Assembly (NCBI GenBank): GCA_002269645.1
Contig: NIVC01002491.1
Span: forward strand, 1-64,000
Reading direction: 5' to 3'
From: Macrostomum lignano
Lineage: Eukaryota
DNA length: 64,000 bases
Positions 25,975 to 39,139 of the stretch are shown here, piece by piece. A program made the translations under genes and the position numbers. A model generated the notes under the pieces. That model saw only the letters and a program-made list of their open reading frames with translations. It was not told the origin of the DNA and did not search any database. Position 1 is the first letter of the stretch, and each line of letters begins with the position of its first letter.

Positions 25975-26470
25975 GTAGGGTGATGGCAGGGTGATGGAAG
26001 GGGGCAGGGTGGTGGAAGGGGGCAGGGTGATGGAAGGGGGCAGGGTGATGGAAGGGGGCAGGGTGATGGAAGGGGGCATGGTGATGGAAGGGGGCGGGTG
26101 ATGGAAGGGGGCAGGGTGGTGTAAGGGGGCAGGGTGATGGAAGGGGCAGGGTGATGGAAGGGGGCAGGGTGATGGAAGGGGCAGGGTGGTGGAAGGGGGC
26201 AGGGTGGTGGAAGGGGGCAGGGTGGTGGAAGGGGGCAGGGTGGTGGAAGGGGGCAGGGTGGTGGAAGGGGGCAGGGTGATGGAAGGGGGCAGGGTGGTGG
26301 AAGGGGGCAGGGTGGTGGAAGGGGGCAGGGTGATGGAAGGGGGCAGGGTGGTGGAAGGGGGCAGGGTGGTGGAAGGGGGCAGGGTGATGGAAGGGGGCAG
26401 GGTGGTGGAAGGGGCAGGGTGATGGAAGGGGGCAGGGTGATGGAAGGGGGCAGGGTGATGGAAGGGGCAG
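25975..26470. repeat. 18-bp G-rich minisatellite (GGGTGGTGGAAGGGGGCA), G-quadruplex-prone
   Basis: Direct reading. Multiple runs of 3 or more G. Confidence 0.95.
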
Positions 26471-26539
26471 GCGCACTACAGCAGCAGAGTCAGCTAAGGT
26501 TCTCAGAGCAGCTATTGCATAAGTCATTCATCCATTGCT

Positions 26540-26553
26540 GTAGCCATGGAGAC
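26540..26553. promoter_or_regulatory. X-box-like motif
   Basis: GTAGCCATGGAGAC (reverse complement GTCTCCATGGCTAC). Confidence 0.35.
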
Positions 26554-27607
26554 GGGCAGTGCCAGTGTTTCTTTAGAACAAAGTGAAGAGGATTTGCTAG
26601 CGGATTTTATTCTCTCTTTTTGTTCCTCGGTTTTTTCTCCCGCAAAGCCTGGCAGAAAAGATAAGGGCGGGATAGACTGGGGAGATGTCCGAGGGTGGTC
26701 CATTGCTGGCCGAAACCGCAAGCTTTTGTCGCGGCCGTTTTCTGCCGCAGTGGAATTATAAAAATTGCATTCTTTTCTGCCGAAAATGTTCCCGGATTAG
26801 CTACGCTTGGAGATTTACGAGGATTAGCTGCGATAGGCCGTGCCACTAGATACTGTTGGGCTCGGAGTGGACTATAGAAAGATAGCAAAGCTCTCGACAT
26901 ATTGAATCGATTTTTCATTTCCATACCAGATTTCAAGTCTGTATTGTCCAGAGCAGAGTACAGTGTCAAGTGCTGAGCACTGCAGGTCAGCTTAAACATG
27001 ACGCTTAGATATGAGGATGGCATAGCAATTAGCAAACTGGCTGACTTTTTTGACAGACACGGCAAATCATCAAAATATCACGCCAATTGCTGGCAAAAGT
27101 ACCGAGTAGACACGACGCTGCACTTACCCGACTCAGCGATGGATTCCGAAGTCGGTCAGTCTCCAACTGCGCGCAGACTAGTGTTAATAATGAATGCTAT
27201 CCCAGGTTGGGCTCAGCTGCTCCCTGGCAGGCAGACGGGCACAACAAGACGCGGGCCTGTAGGACAGACACACTTTTATAAGCCTCGAACAGGAAACTGC
27301 GGATGGTTTGGGAAGGAAAAATTCCTTCGAGGCTCGGCCGCGACGCAAATTTATGGGGATCTCGATGCTATGGAAGCGAAAGGGCGCAATGTTATAGTCG
27401 GGATGGGAAGGGCCAGGTTTATAAGCGAATGAGAGGGCCTTTGGCTTGCATCCCGGCTGGCTTGCACACTTTATAGTCATGCAGAGCAAGCGGCTGGTAT
27501 TTGTACGCTGGGGAGGGAGACGTCAGGGGGAGAGGATGAAGGGGAGAGAGCGGCTGCAGGCTGATTCACAATTCGCCCCTCCCAATACCATAGCCCTCCG
27601 TCCGCTC

Positions 27608-27658
<51 letters not shown>

Positions 27659-28814
27659 CGTCCGCTCCCATCGCAAAGCCTGTCCTGTCCCCATTCACAT
27701 CCCTCTCTTCCCGATCCGCTACAACCAAGGGAGAATCATCTATGTCAATCGGGGGGGGGGCGCTCAGGGCGAGATGGAGGGGCGATTGGGGAAAGCCACA
27801 ACCAATCGCCTCTCAACACACAACAGCAGCGCAATGATCCTTTACTGCTCCAGCTCCGTTACTCGCATGCTCGGGTCCCCTGCTCGTGGCAGCCACCCCC
27901 CGCACCGATGTCAGAGCCATGGTCTTCTCAGGTCATGGGTGTTTTTGGTATCGCTACCTCTAGGGAAAAATCCGGTAGCGAGGAATGCGTAATTCTGCCT
28001 CTCCGGTGTTGAGAATGCGAGCACTTTATCTGTGAATGCCCCGCCTTTACTCAGGACAGACTCACCTACCTCGGCCCAACCCGGACCTCTCCGAGGTTTT
28101 CAGGCCCAAGAACCCCTGCTAGCTCGTCCGCTACCTAAGGGCTACCGGGTGAGCGACCATCCACCTCCTGGACTCTCCGGAGGGGCACCGGATCTCCCTG
28201 AGCGACACCGCAGCTGCCCGCGGTCGCCAGGGGTTGGCGGAATGGATGGCGACGCCCCTCTGCTGTGTATCCGGATGCCCGGCTGCCACCAATCTGTGTG
28301 TGTGTGTGGGGGGAATAAAATCCCAAAGCTCATGAAGGAGTGAGAAAGCAGAGAGCCCCAGAGCTTTCCTGGCATCGCGTGATAAATTACTGCCTCCAAC
28401 CCCAGCCAAGTGGTGGGTGACGGCGAATGATTAACTGGCATTTCATCTGGCAGCGCCGCCTCTGCCTTCTTCTCAATCTCTCTGCTTTTTTATGTGCTCC
28501 GTTTGATTTCTCTCTCCCTCTCTCGCCCTGCATTATAGATTCTTAAGCGGTCCTTCTTTCCACTATGCCGCCTTGGCACAGCCAGACGGCTGTCTCCACT
28601 GAATCTACTCGCTTGCTCGCTGCAAGTCGGATAGAAAGCCGATTATCCGAAATCATTCTTTTCTGGGAAATTCCGTCTTAGCGGCTTTGGACTCTGGCGG
28701 CAAAACTGACAGTGGATAAATAGGAAGCAGATTGCATGATTTACTGCCAAGTGTGATAACAGGGGGTGGGAGTGTTTGAAACTGGGGTTCTCGGCTACGT
28801 TTGTTAAGCCTATT

Positions 28815-29220
28815 TTGGCGCCATTGATCTGCTTTGGCGCCTTTGGATCTATTTTGTCACCATTGGCCTATTTTGGCGCTTTTGGGTCTTCTTTGGCGCC
28901 ATTGGATGTATTTTGGCGCCACTGGGCCTATTTTAGCGCCATTGGATCTATTTTGGCGCCATAGAATCTATTTTGGCGCCCTTGGGTCCGTTTTGGCGCT
29001 TTTGGGTCTTCTTTGGCGCCATTGGATGTACTTTGGCGCCACTGGGCCTATTTTGGCGTCATTGGTTCTATTTTGGCGTCATTGAATCTTTTTTGGCGCC
29101 ATTGGATCAATTTTGGCACCATTGGATCTATTTTAGCGCCATTGATCTGCTTTGGCGCCATTTAGTCTATTTTAGCACCATTGGTTCCATTTCGGCACTA
29201 ATGAGTCCATTTTTGCGCCA
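28815..29220. repeat. Degenerate ~20-bp minisatellite (ATTGGATCTATTTTGGCGCC)
   Basis: Direct reading. Confidence 0.85.
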
Positions 29221-29637
29221 ATGAGTTTATGATAGCATTTCTCCTCCGCAGGTCAGGACAGGAACTTGCGCGACTCCCCAATTCCTGTAGATCGATTCGA
29301 TTGGAACTCGACGCTCGACAGGAAGAAGTGCACCCTGCATTGAGCGCATGACGCTGATGTACAACTAGCATGCAGCAGTCAGTGGCTTTGCCATAGAATA
29401 CAGTGCATGCCTAATCCCCCCGGCGGCTCAAAATTGGGCAATAAATTCTGAGCTGAATTCATTCAGCTGCTGGGGTTTGGCAAACTGCCAACCGTTTCTT
29501 TTCAAAAAGACACACATTTTTTTGTGGGCGCAGGGACAGAGTCAGCTGATGTAAAATATAGGGGCTCAGTTGAACTGCTTCATTTGTTTAACTCCAGTCT
29601 GAATTCATGCGCAACTTGAGTGCATCCAGTTGAAGCT

Positions 29638-32600
29638 AGTGTCAGTGATGTCAGTGTCAGTGATGTCAGAGTGTCAGTGATGTCAGTGTCAGTGATGTCA
29701 TAGTGTCAGTGATGTCAGTGTCAGTGATGTCAGTGTCAGTGATGTCAGTGTCAGTGATGTCAGTGTCAGTGTCAGTGATGTCAGTGTCAGTGTCAGTGAT
29801 TTCAGTGTCAGTGATGTCAGTGTTAGTGATGCCAGTGTCAGTGATGTCAGTGTCAGTGATGTCAGTGTTAGTGATGTCAGTGTCAGTGATGTCAGTGTCA
29901 GTGATGTCAGTGTCAGTGTCAGCGATGTCAGTGTCAGTGATGCCAGTGTCAGTGATGTCAGTGTCAGTGATGTCAGTGTTAGTGATGTCAGTGTCAGTGA
30001 TGTCAGTGTCAGTGATGTCAGTGTCAGTGTCAGTGATGTCAGTGTTAGTGATGTCAGTGTCAGTGATGTCAGTGTCAGTGATGTCAGTGTCAGTGTCAGT
30101 GATGTCAGTGTCAGTGTCAGTGATGCCAGTGTCAGTGATGTCAGTGTTAGTGATTTCAGTGTCAGTGATGTCATTGTCAGTGATGTCAGTGTCAGTGTCA
30201 GTGATGCCAGTGTCAGTGATGTCAGTGTTAGTGATGCCAGTGTCAGTGATGCCAGTGTCAGTGATGTCAGTGTTAGTGATGCCAGTGTCAGTGTCAGTGA
30301 TGTCAGTGTCATTGTCAGTGATTTCAGTGTCAGTGATGTCAGTGTTAGTGATGTCAGTGTCAGTGTCAGTGATGTCAGTGTTAGTGATGTCAGTGTCAGT
30401 GTCAGTGATGTCAGTGTTAGTGATGCCAGTGTCAGTGATGTCAGTGTCAGTGATGTCAGTGTTAGTGATGCCAGTGTCAGTGATGTCAGTGTCAGTGATG
30501 TCAGTGTCAGTGATGTCAGTGTTAGTGATGTCAGTGTCAGTGATGTCATTGTCAGTGATGTCAGTGTCAGTGTCAGCGATGTCAGTGTCAGTGTCAGTGA
30601 TGTCAGTGTCAGTGTCAGCGATGTCAGTGTCAGTGTCAGTGATGTCAGTGTCAGTGATGTCAGTGTCAGTGTCAGTGATGTCAGTGTCAGTGTCAGTGAT
30701 GTCAGTGTCAGTGTCAGCGATGTCAGTGTCAGTGATGTCAGTGTCAGCGATGTCAGTGTCAGTGTCAGCGATGTCAGTGTCAGTGTCAGTGATGTCAGTG
30801 TCAGTGTCAGCGATGTCAGTGTCAGTGTCAGCGATGTCAGTGTCAGTGTCAGTGATGTCAGTGTCAGTGTCAGTGATGTCAGTGTCAGTGTCAGTGATGT
30901 CATTGTCAGTGATGTCAGTGTCAATGATGTCAGTGTCAGTGTCAGTGATGTCAGTGTCAGTGTCAGCGATGTCAGTGTCAGTGTCAGTGATGTCAGTGTC
31001 AGTGATGTCAGTGTCAGTGTCAGCGATGTCAGTGTCAGTGTCAGTGATGTCAGTGTCAGTGTCAGCGATGTCAGTGTCAGTGTCAGCGATGTCAGTGTCA
31101 GTGTCAGTGATGTCAGTGTCAGTGTCAGTGATGTCAGTGTCAGTGTCAGTGATGTCATTGTCAGTGATGTCAGTGTCAGCGATGTTAGTGTCAGTGTCAG
31201 TGATGTCAGTGTCAATGTCAGTGATTTCAGTGTCAGTGATGTCATTGTCAGTGATGTCAGTGATGTCAGTGTCAGCGATTTCAGTGTCAGTGTCAGCGAT
31301 GTCAGTGTCAGTGTCAGCGATGTCAGTGTCAGTGTCAGCGATGTCAGTGTCAGTGTCAGTGATGTCAGTGTCAGTGTCAGCGATGTCAGTGTCAGTGATG
31401 TCAGTGTCAGCGATGTCAGTGTCAGTGTCAGTGATGTCAGTGTCAGTGTCAGCGATGTCAGTGTTAGTGTCAGTGATGTCAGTGTCAGTGTCAGCGATGT
31501 CAGTGTCAGTGATGTCAGTGTCAGCGATGTCAGTGTCAGTGATGTCAGTGTCAGCGATGTCAGTGTCAGTGATGTCAGTGTCAGTGATGTCAGTGTCAGT
31601 GATGTCAGTGTCAGTGTCAGTGATGTCAGTGTCAGTGTCAGCGATGTCAGTGTCAGTGTCAGTGATGTCAGTGTCAGTGTCAGCGATGTCAGTGTCAGTG
31701 ATGTCAGTGTCAGTGTCAGCGATGTCAGTGTCAGTGATGTCAGTGTCAGCGATGTCAGTGTCAGTGTCAGCGATGTCAGTGTCAGTGTCAGCGATGTCAG
31801 TGTCAGTGTCAGTGATGTCAGTGTCAGTGTCAGCGATGTCAGTGTCAGTGATGTCAGTGTCAGCGATGTCAGTGTCAGTGTCAGTGATGTCAGTGTCAGC
31901 GATGTCAGTGTCAATGATGTCAGTGTCAGTGTCAGTGATGTCAGTGTCAGTGTCAGTGATGTCAGTGTCAGTGATGTCAGTGTCAGTGATGTCAGTGTCA
32001 GTGATGTCAGTGTCAGTGATGTCAGTGTCAGTGTCAGTGATGTCAGTGTCAGTGATGTCAGTGTCAGTGATGTCAGTGTCAGTGATGTCAGTGTCAGTGA
32101 TGTCAGTGTCAGTGTCAGCGATGTCAGTGTCAGTGATGTCAGTGTCAGCGATGTCAGTGTCAGTGATGTCATTGTCAGTGATGTCAGTGTCAGTGATGTC
32201 ATTATCAGTGATGTCAGTGTCATTGTCAGTGATTTCAGTGTCCGTGATGTCAGTGTCAGTGATGTCATTGTCAGTGATGTCAGTGTCAGTGTCAGTGATG
32301 TCAGTGTCAGTGTCAGTGATTTCAGTGTCAGTGATGTCAGTGTCAGTGATGTCATTGTCAGTGATGTCAGTGTCAGTGTCAGTGATTTCAGTGTCAGTGA
32401 TGTCAGTGTCAGTGATGTCATTGTCAGTGATGTCAGTGTCAGTGTCAGTGATTTCAGTGTGAATGATGTCAGTGTCAGCGATGTCATTTTCAGTGATGTC
32501 AGAGTGTCAGTGATTTCAGTGTGAGTGATGCCAGTGTCAGTGATGTCAGTGTCAGTGATTTCAGTGTCAGTGATTTCAGTGTGAGTGATGCCAGTGTCAG

Positions 32601-33862
32601 TGATGTCAGTGTCAGTGTCAGTGATGTCAGTGTCAGTGTCAGTGATGTCAGTGTCAGTGATGTCAGTGTCAGTGATGTCAGTGTCAGTGATGTCAGTGTC
32701 AGTGATGTCAGTGTCAGTGTCAGTGATGTCAGTGTCAGTGTCAGCGATGTCAGTGTCAGTGTCAGTGATGTCAGTGTCAGTGTCAGCGATGTCAGTGTCA
32801 GTGATGTCAGTGTCAGCGATGTCAGTGTCAGTGATGTCATTGTCAGTGATGTCAGTGTCAGTGATGTCATTATCAGTGATGTCAGTGTCATTGTCAGTGA
32901 TTTCAGTGTCAGTGATGTCAGTGTCAGTGATGTCATTGTCAGTGGTGTCAGTGTCAGTGTCAGTGATGTCAGTGTCAGTGTCAGTGATTTCAGTGTCAGT
33001 GATGTCAGTGTCAGTGATGTCATTGTCAGTGATGTCAGTGTCAGTGTCAGTGATTTCAGTGTCAGTGATGTCAGTGTCAGTGATGTCATTGTCAGTGATG
33101 TCAGTGTCAGTGTCAGTGATTTCAGTGTGAATGATGTCAGTGTCAGCGATGTCATTTTCAGTGATGTCAGAGTGTCAGTGATTTCAGTGTGAGTGATGCC
33201 AGTGTCAGTGATGTCAGTGTCAGTGATTTCAGTGTCAGTGATTTCAGTGTCAGTGATTTCAGTGTGAGTGATGCCAGTGTCAGTGATGTCAGTGTCAGTG
33301 TCAGCGATGTCAGTTTCAGTGTCAGTGATTTCAGTGTGAGTGATGCCAGTGTCAGTGATTTCAGTGTCAGTGATTTCAGTGTGAGTGATGCCAGTGTCAG
33401 TGATGTCAGTGTCAGTGTCAGCGATGTCAGTTTCAGTGTCAGTGATTTCAGTGTGAGTGATGCCAGTGTCAGTGATACCAGTGTCAGTGATGTCAGTGTC
33501 AGTGATTTCAGTGTCAGTGATGTCAGTGTGAGTGATGCCAGTGTCAGTGATGTCAGTGTCAGTGTCAGCGATGTCAGTTTCAGTGTCAGTGATTTCAGTG
33601 TGAGTGATGCCAGTGTCAGTGATGCCAGTGTCAGTGATGTCAGTGTCAGTGTCAGTGATTTCAGTGTGAGTGATGCCAGTGTCAGTGATGCCAGTGTCAG
33701 TGATGTCAGTGTCAGTGATTTCAGTGTCAGTGATTTCAGTGTGAGTGATGCCAGTGTCAGTGATGTCAGTGTCAGTGTCAGCGATGTCAGTTTCAGTGTC
33801 AGTGATTTCAGTGTGAGTGATGCCAGTGTCAGTGATGCTAGTGTCAGTGATGTCAGTGTCAG
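29638..33862. repeat. 4.2-kb compound satellite built from GTCAGT and GAT tokens
   Basis: Direct reading. Includes a 668-bp internal duplication. Confidence 0.97.
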
Positions 33863-34169
33863 CGTCTGCAGTCTAAAGAATCGATGTCACGTATACAAAA
33901 TGCCTAAGACTATTGTCTTAAATTTTTGCCTTCCATGCAGCCAGCAGCGTTTTCACTGCATATTCTTGAAAGTAGTATGGGTAGTCTGAAAAATGATAGG
34001 AATATAAGGATAAAATGATTTTATGGAAGATTTTTTAATAAGGCGATAAAAATCAGTCCGAAAACTATAGCGTACACCTACCGCTAGCTGCTAGAGCAGA
34101 AATACTCATTTAAGTGCGCAGTGTACGGCCTTATTTAGCTTCGTACAACAGTAGTACCTGTGCATTCTC

Positions 34170-34184
34170 GTTGCCAATAGCAAC
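34170..34184. promoter_or_regulatory. RFX X-box upstream of IFT56
   Basis: GTTGCC-AAT-AGCAAC fits GTNRCC-N(0-3)-RGYAAC and lies ~380 bp upstream of the ATG of a ciliary gene. Confidence 0.6.
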
Positions 34185-34566
34185 GCAATGAACGCTAGTT
34201 TGTTTCTTTCGCGCCCTTCTGTCCCGCACAGCCACTCTGCACTCGCGTCCGCAGTTGGCCGGGCGGGACAGGAGGGCAGGGGGCTGCGCCGAGTGCAATG
34301 AGATGAGCGGCTGGGGAGAGAGAGGCAGGCCAGGTAAATTCTCTTACCCCTCTCCCCCCGGAGGCCCGAGGAAGCCCCCGCGACCCAGCCCCGCCACCTC
34401 AACTCCGAGACAAGCTTTGCTCAATCCAAAGCTCTCACCCCCTCTCTGCGCGGCGCGAATTCAAATTGGCATTCCAGCAGCAAAAACGCGGTGACGTTCC
34501 AAACTTCTCTGCAGAGCTGAGACCCTAACGAAAGTTTCTCAAGCACAGGTCCTTAACAACAAGCAG

Positions 34567-36240
34567 ATGCTGCTTCAGCGAGCGAAGCCGGCAACGCAGC
34601 AGGCGGCCGGTGCTGGCCGAGTGGAGGCGGCCAAGAAGGAGCCGCCGAAGCTGGATCAATTTCTGGACAATCGCGACTTCACCGGCGCAATCACGCTGCT
34701 GGAGTTCGAGCGGAACTCCAGCGAGGACAAGAAGAAGAGCACGGAGGAGCAGGACTCTTGGATTGCTTACTGCGCGTTTCACCTCGGCGATTACAAGCGA
34801 GCCGCCGAGGAGTACGAAAAGATGACTAAGAAAAAGAACTGCAACCCGGACGTGTGGGTGTTCCTCGGCTGCTGCTACTTCATGCTCGGCATGTACAAAG
34901 AGGCCGACGAGGCGGCGCAGAAGGGGCCGAAGAGCCGCCTGCAGAACCGGCTGCTGTTTCACGTGTCGCACAAGTTCGGCAACGAGGCCCGACTGATGGG
35001 CTACCACCAGCAGCTGCAGGACAAGGAGGAGGACCAGCTGTGCCTGGCCTCAATTCATTACCTGCGCAACCACTACCAGGAGGCCATCGACATCTACAAG
35101 CGCATCCTGCTGGACAACAGGGACTACCTGGCGCTGAATGTCTACGTGGCCCTGTGCTACTACAAGCTTGATTACTACGACGTTAGCCAGGAGGTGCTGG
35201 CAGTGTACCTGCAGCACTATCCTGACAGCGTCACCGCCATCAACTTGAAAGCCTGCAACCATTTCAGGCTGTACAATGGCAAAGGCGCCGAGGCGGAGCT
35301 CAAACAGCTGCAGGAGATTGCCTCGCCGAATTTCGCGTATGCTCGAGATCTCATTAAGCACAACCTGGTTGTGTTCCGCGGCGGCGAAGGCGCACTGCAG
35401 GTGCTGCCGCCGCTGATTGACGCGCTGCCGGAAGCGAGGCTCAACCTGGTGATCTTCTACCTGCGCCAGGACGACATTCAAAACGCGTACGAGCTGATGA
35501 AAGACGTGGACCCGACATCGCCGAATGAGTACACCCTCAAGGGCGTGGTGAACGCAGCCCTGGGCCAGGAGCAGGGATCTCGAGAGCACTTGAAGATTGC
35601 TCAGCAATACTTTCAGCTCGTTGGAGGCTCAGCCTCTGAGTGCGACACGATTCCGGGCAGGCAGTGTATGTCCAGCTGCTTCTTCCTGCTGCGCCAGTTC
35701 GATGACGTTCTTATCTACCTGAACTCCATCAAGAGCTACTTCTACAACGACGACACCTTCAATTTTAACTATGCTCAAGCCAAGGCTTCGGTCGGACACT
35801 TCAAGGAGGCTGAGGAAATTTTCCTTCTGATTCAGAACGAGCGCCTTCGTCAGGACTACGTGTACCTGAGCTGGCTGGCTCGCTGCTACATCATGAACCA
35901 GAAGGCCCGGCTGGCTTGGGAGCTCTACCTGAAGATGGAGACCTCCACTGAGTCGTTTAGTCTTCTTCAGCTAATCGCCAACGACTGCTACCGCATGGGT
36001 CAGTTCTACTACGCTGCCAAGGCGTTCGACGTCCTTGAGCGGCTGGACCCGAACCCGGAGTACTGGGAGGGCAAGCGAGGCGCCTGCGTCGGCGTCTTCC
36101 AGATGATCCTAGCTGGCAAGGAGTCCAAGGAGCGGATACGCGAGGTGCTGCAGATATTACGCAACACTAGCAATCCTCAGACTGAGTACATCATCAAGGC
36201 GATGCGAACGTGGGCCAGTCGAGAGAATGTGCCCGTGTGA
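34567..36240 (+). CDS. IFT56: Intraflagellar transport protein 56 (TTC26/DYF-13), intronless, 557 aa
   Basis: Full-length TPR protein with characteristic MLLQRAKPA...[72 protein letters not shown]. Confidence 0.96.
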   Translation: MLLQRAKPATQQAAGAGRVEAAKKEPPKLDQFLDNRDFTGAITLLEFERNSSEDKKKSTEEQDSWIAYCAFHLGDYKRAAEEYEKMTKKKNCNPDVWVFLGCCYFMLGMYKEADEAAQKGPKSRLQNRLLFHVSHKFGNEARLMGYHQQLQDKEEDQLCLASIHYLRNHYQEAIDIYKRILLDNRDYLALNVYVALCYYKLDYYDVSQEVLAVYLQHYPDSVTAINLKACNHFRLYNGKGAEAELKQLQEIASPNFAYARDLIKHNLVVFRGGEGALQVLPPLIDALPEARLNLVIFYLRQDDIQNAYELMKDVDPTSPNEYTLKGVVNAALGQEQGSREHLKIAQQYFQLVGGSASECDTIPGRQCMSSCFFLLRQFDDVLIYLNSIKSYFYNDDTFNFNYAQAKASVGHFKEAEEIFLLIQNERLRQDYVYLSWLARCYIMNQKARLAWELYLKMETSTESFSLLQLIANDCYRMGQFYYAAKAFDVLERLDPNPEYWEGKRGACVGVFQMILAGKESKERIREVLQILRNTSNPQTEYIIKAMRTWASRENVPV

Positions 36241-36599
36241 GCTGACTGGCTGGATGCTCCTCTTTTCACTGAGTCGAGCCTATACAATTACAATAAGACT
36301 AAATCTGTCTCTCATTTGATACTTTGCTTTCTATTAATTAATATTTGTTTGATCTTGAAGATTTAAGGTAAAAATAAGCGCGACTTCTAAGTCCGTGACT
36401 ATATATTTCTCCATGCCCCAAAATAAAATTAATTGCCTTCGTTTTTATCGCTAGAATATCAACGTAAGCTCGTACTTTTACGCTCGTAAGAGCATGCAAG
36501 AGACAAATACGCTACTTTGATTGAATGAATTCAAGGATTTTTGTTAGCAATCAGGGCTTCATCAAAAAGACTGCATGGGGTGCAACGGCAGCCTGCAGG

Positions 36600-36775
36600 G
36601 AACGATTTTCATTGTGCATCTTTGGATACTTTCCGGGCTGACTACCCAAGAAATTCAGAAAACTGTACATACACACAACTTGCAGTGTAACTGCATGCAA
36701 ATATAATTGGTCATACAGAAAATACGCAGTCTTTATTGCCTACGCATATGTAGATCTTTCGATTTGAATTGGTAT
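36600..36775 (-). pseudogene. Possible PIF/Harbinger transposase fossil
   Basis: IPIQIER..*..YLHAVTLQVVCMYSFLNFLGSQPG resembles the DDE_Tnp_4 segment HSxNxQxVCD...F....PGS. It contains a stop. Confidence 0.3.
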
Positions 36776-37212
36776 AAGCGAAGAGGCCAACAAGAAGTTT
36801 TTATTGAAATAGCCAAATGAAGCTTCTTACATGTATTCAAAATGTGTGACACTGACAATTAAGGCGCAGAAGAGAGACATTTGATGGCCAGTAATTCTAG
36901 TATAAAGTACATGTAATGTACGAGCTTACCTATTTACATTGTACCTTGTACGGCAGCAACAAGGTCCGACTGTTTGGCTTGGTGGGAGCGTCGGTGTGAT
37001 GTGAATCCTGATACTCATCGTAGCTTTGGGCGCATCTTCCTGACCTTCAGGCGATTTGGAGATGCATACATATGCATTTAGGGCTAGGGTCTGTCTGTTG
37101 TATAACCAATTAATACAACAATCAATCAAATGTTGCACGAAAACTTTCCAAACTTACTCTCCGAGAGACTGCAGAGAGAGATACATATGAAGATTATAGA
37201 TAGAGATAGAAT

Positions 37213-37501
37213 CAGGGGCGGATTTAAGGGGGCAAACCGCCCCCACACCCCAGTGGCTGGCGATGATGGCGCGTTGGCGCCCCTTTTCCTTAGGACTAAA
37301 AAAGGCCCTCACCACCCTAATTTTGCTCAGTGTGGCGCCCCTCTAGTGTATAATGGCGTCCGTCTCGTCTATACAATCTATATTATGGTGGCGCCCCTCT
37401 CGTCTATATTATGGCATCCCTCTCGTGTATATTATGGCGCGCCCTTAACTATTATGGTTAAAATCAACCCCCTCATTTTATATTTATAAATCCGCGGTCT
37501 G
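37213..37501. mobile_element. Degenerate hAT-like MITE
   Basis: CAGGGGCGGATTTA ... TAAATCCGCGGTCTG termini and internal GGCGCCCC motifs. No intact TSD. Confidence 0.45.
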
Positions 37502-38343
37502 GAGTGTTTGATCTCATGCTTATCATAGAAAATATTAATACTATTAATTTTAAATAGCGGTGAGCTATTCCTGTAAAAAATTGCCGTGCGAACTTCCTGT
37601 TTGTATTTTGATTTTTGGTAAACTTAATTCCCTCATCGAAAATTTTGTGGATCGGCTCTTGATTTATTTTTCTCTTAGCTAATTGTGTCAATAAAGCAAA
37701 CATGCATTACACAAGAATACCACTATCCGCTAAAGGCCGGCATATTATTTAAAAAAGGTGTCTATCTAGGTTCTGCGTTGTTATACTTTTTTAAATGCAC
37801 GCGGATTCGTGAACTAGGCATAATGAAGCTGTTATGACTGGCCGTATGGACTATGGAGGGTTTTTCGAGATTTAAAAGATTAATTAGTTGTCCTATAATA
37901 CTATTATTATTTTATTTTAGTTAACCTTGATTAGGTAAACTAAAGAGATAGTCATGATTTTTTCTTGAGTAATATCTTTATATAGTAGGGGCAAAGTAGC
38001 TTAGACCTTGTGACAATAATAATGTAAAAAGTTAATAAAGAAGAATTAAAAAAGTTTAAATTATAGGCCTAAATATAAAGGCTTTATTCCACAGTTCTGT
38101 GCTTTATTCGTTGCCTTTGCATTAGGCCTACATAGTGAACTTTTCTGATAGAGTTTTTAAAATTGTATTCTATGTATTTTTTCTCTAGGCCTATGACAGA
38201 CCAATCAGAATCTCGGCTTCAAAGCAGAGGGGCCTCAATGCAGTTGTATAAATCCTTTGCACTGCTTCTCTCTTTGTTGCTGCTGGTGAAGTCCAAGGCC
38301 ATCTATCATATTCTTCCAATAGTTCTCATTGGGCCACAGGTGT

Positions 38344-38640
38344 TCAATGGTATAGGAGCCTTGCAATAGCAGCATGGATGCCTGGATGCATTTGACTGAA
38401 GCTGTAGTTGAGTCTAGGTGGCAAAGGATAAGGTGCTAGGCCTCCAAATGAAGAAATAATTCGATAGCAGCCTTTGCAAACTCTAACAGGCAGAAGATGC
38501 CTCACAGACAAATAGTTTAGAAATATATACTGCTCAATAATTGTGACATCATTCAAGCAGCACTCAGCCCTTTGCAAACAAAGTAGACATACACTTTGCT
38601 GGCACTGGTCATGGGGATGGGATTTCAAGCTTTTGGGCAT
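38344..38640 (-). pseudogene. Decayed Chapaev/RAG1-N-terminus-like zinc-finger transposase fragment
   Basis: MPKSLKSHPH-x7-CLLC-x29-PVRVCKGC, followed in a shifted frame by CCYCK. The sequence is disrupted by stops downstream. Confidence 0.45.
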
Positions 38641-39139
38641 TGTTTAATTAACTATCTTTTCTAGATAGCAAGATAGGGTTTAGCTAGAATTTAGGTGTAT
38701 GTTACAGTGGTGATTCCTATACACTGAAAATCCCACCACTGAGACACTAAGTTGTAACAGGCCTTTTGGCTCTCTATAAGAATTTCACCATTATGCCACC
38801 AAAGTTGTACTAGGTGTGTTTCTTGTGCACTGAGAATCCTACTAAATGCTACCAAAGTTGTAACAGGGGTGATTCTTTCTTCTTAATAATAATTTCACAC
38901 TGTCACCAAAAGCTATCACAGGGCTAATTTACTAATCTCTTAAGTGTTCTTCTTAGATTGGTAGCTGCCACCAGAATTATCCTATTAATAAATTATGAGT
39001 TTATCAATCTTAGAATAATCCGAGAAATGTTTCTTAGAATAGGTCTGAGTATTTAGTCTGAGTATTTAGTCTGAGTATTTATTCTAAGTATTATTCTTAG
39101 AAAAACTGTTAGCCCTGAAAGATTTTACTCTTCTGATTA

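Noticed and set aside
21000-34400. Specific further 5' exons of SCHIP1 (donor-like sites near 21005, 28135, 28073, 34158)
   Set aside because: Several candidates with compatible phases but no protein similarity to choose between them. Needs transcript data.
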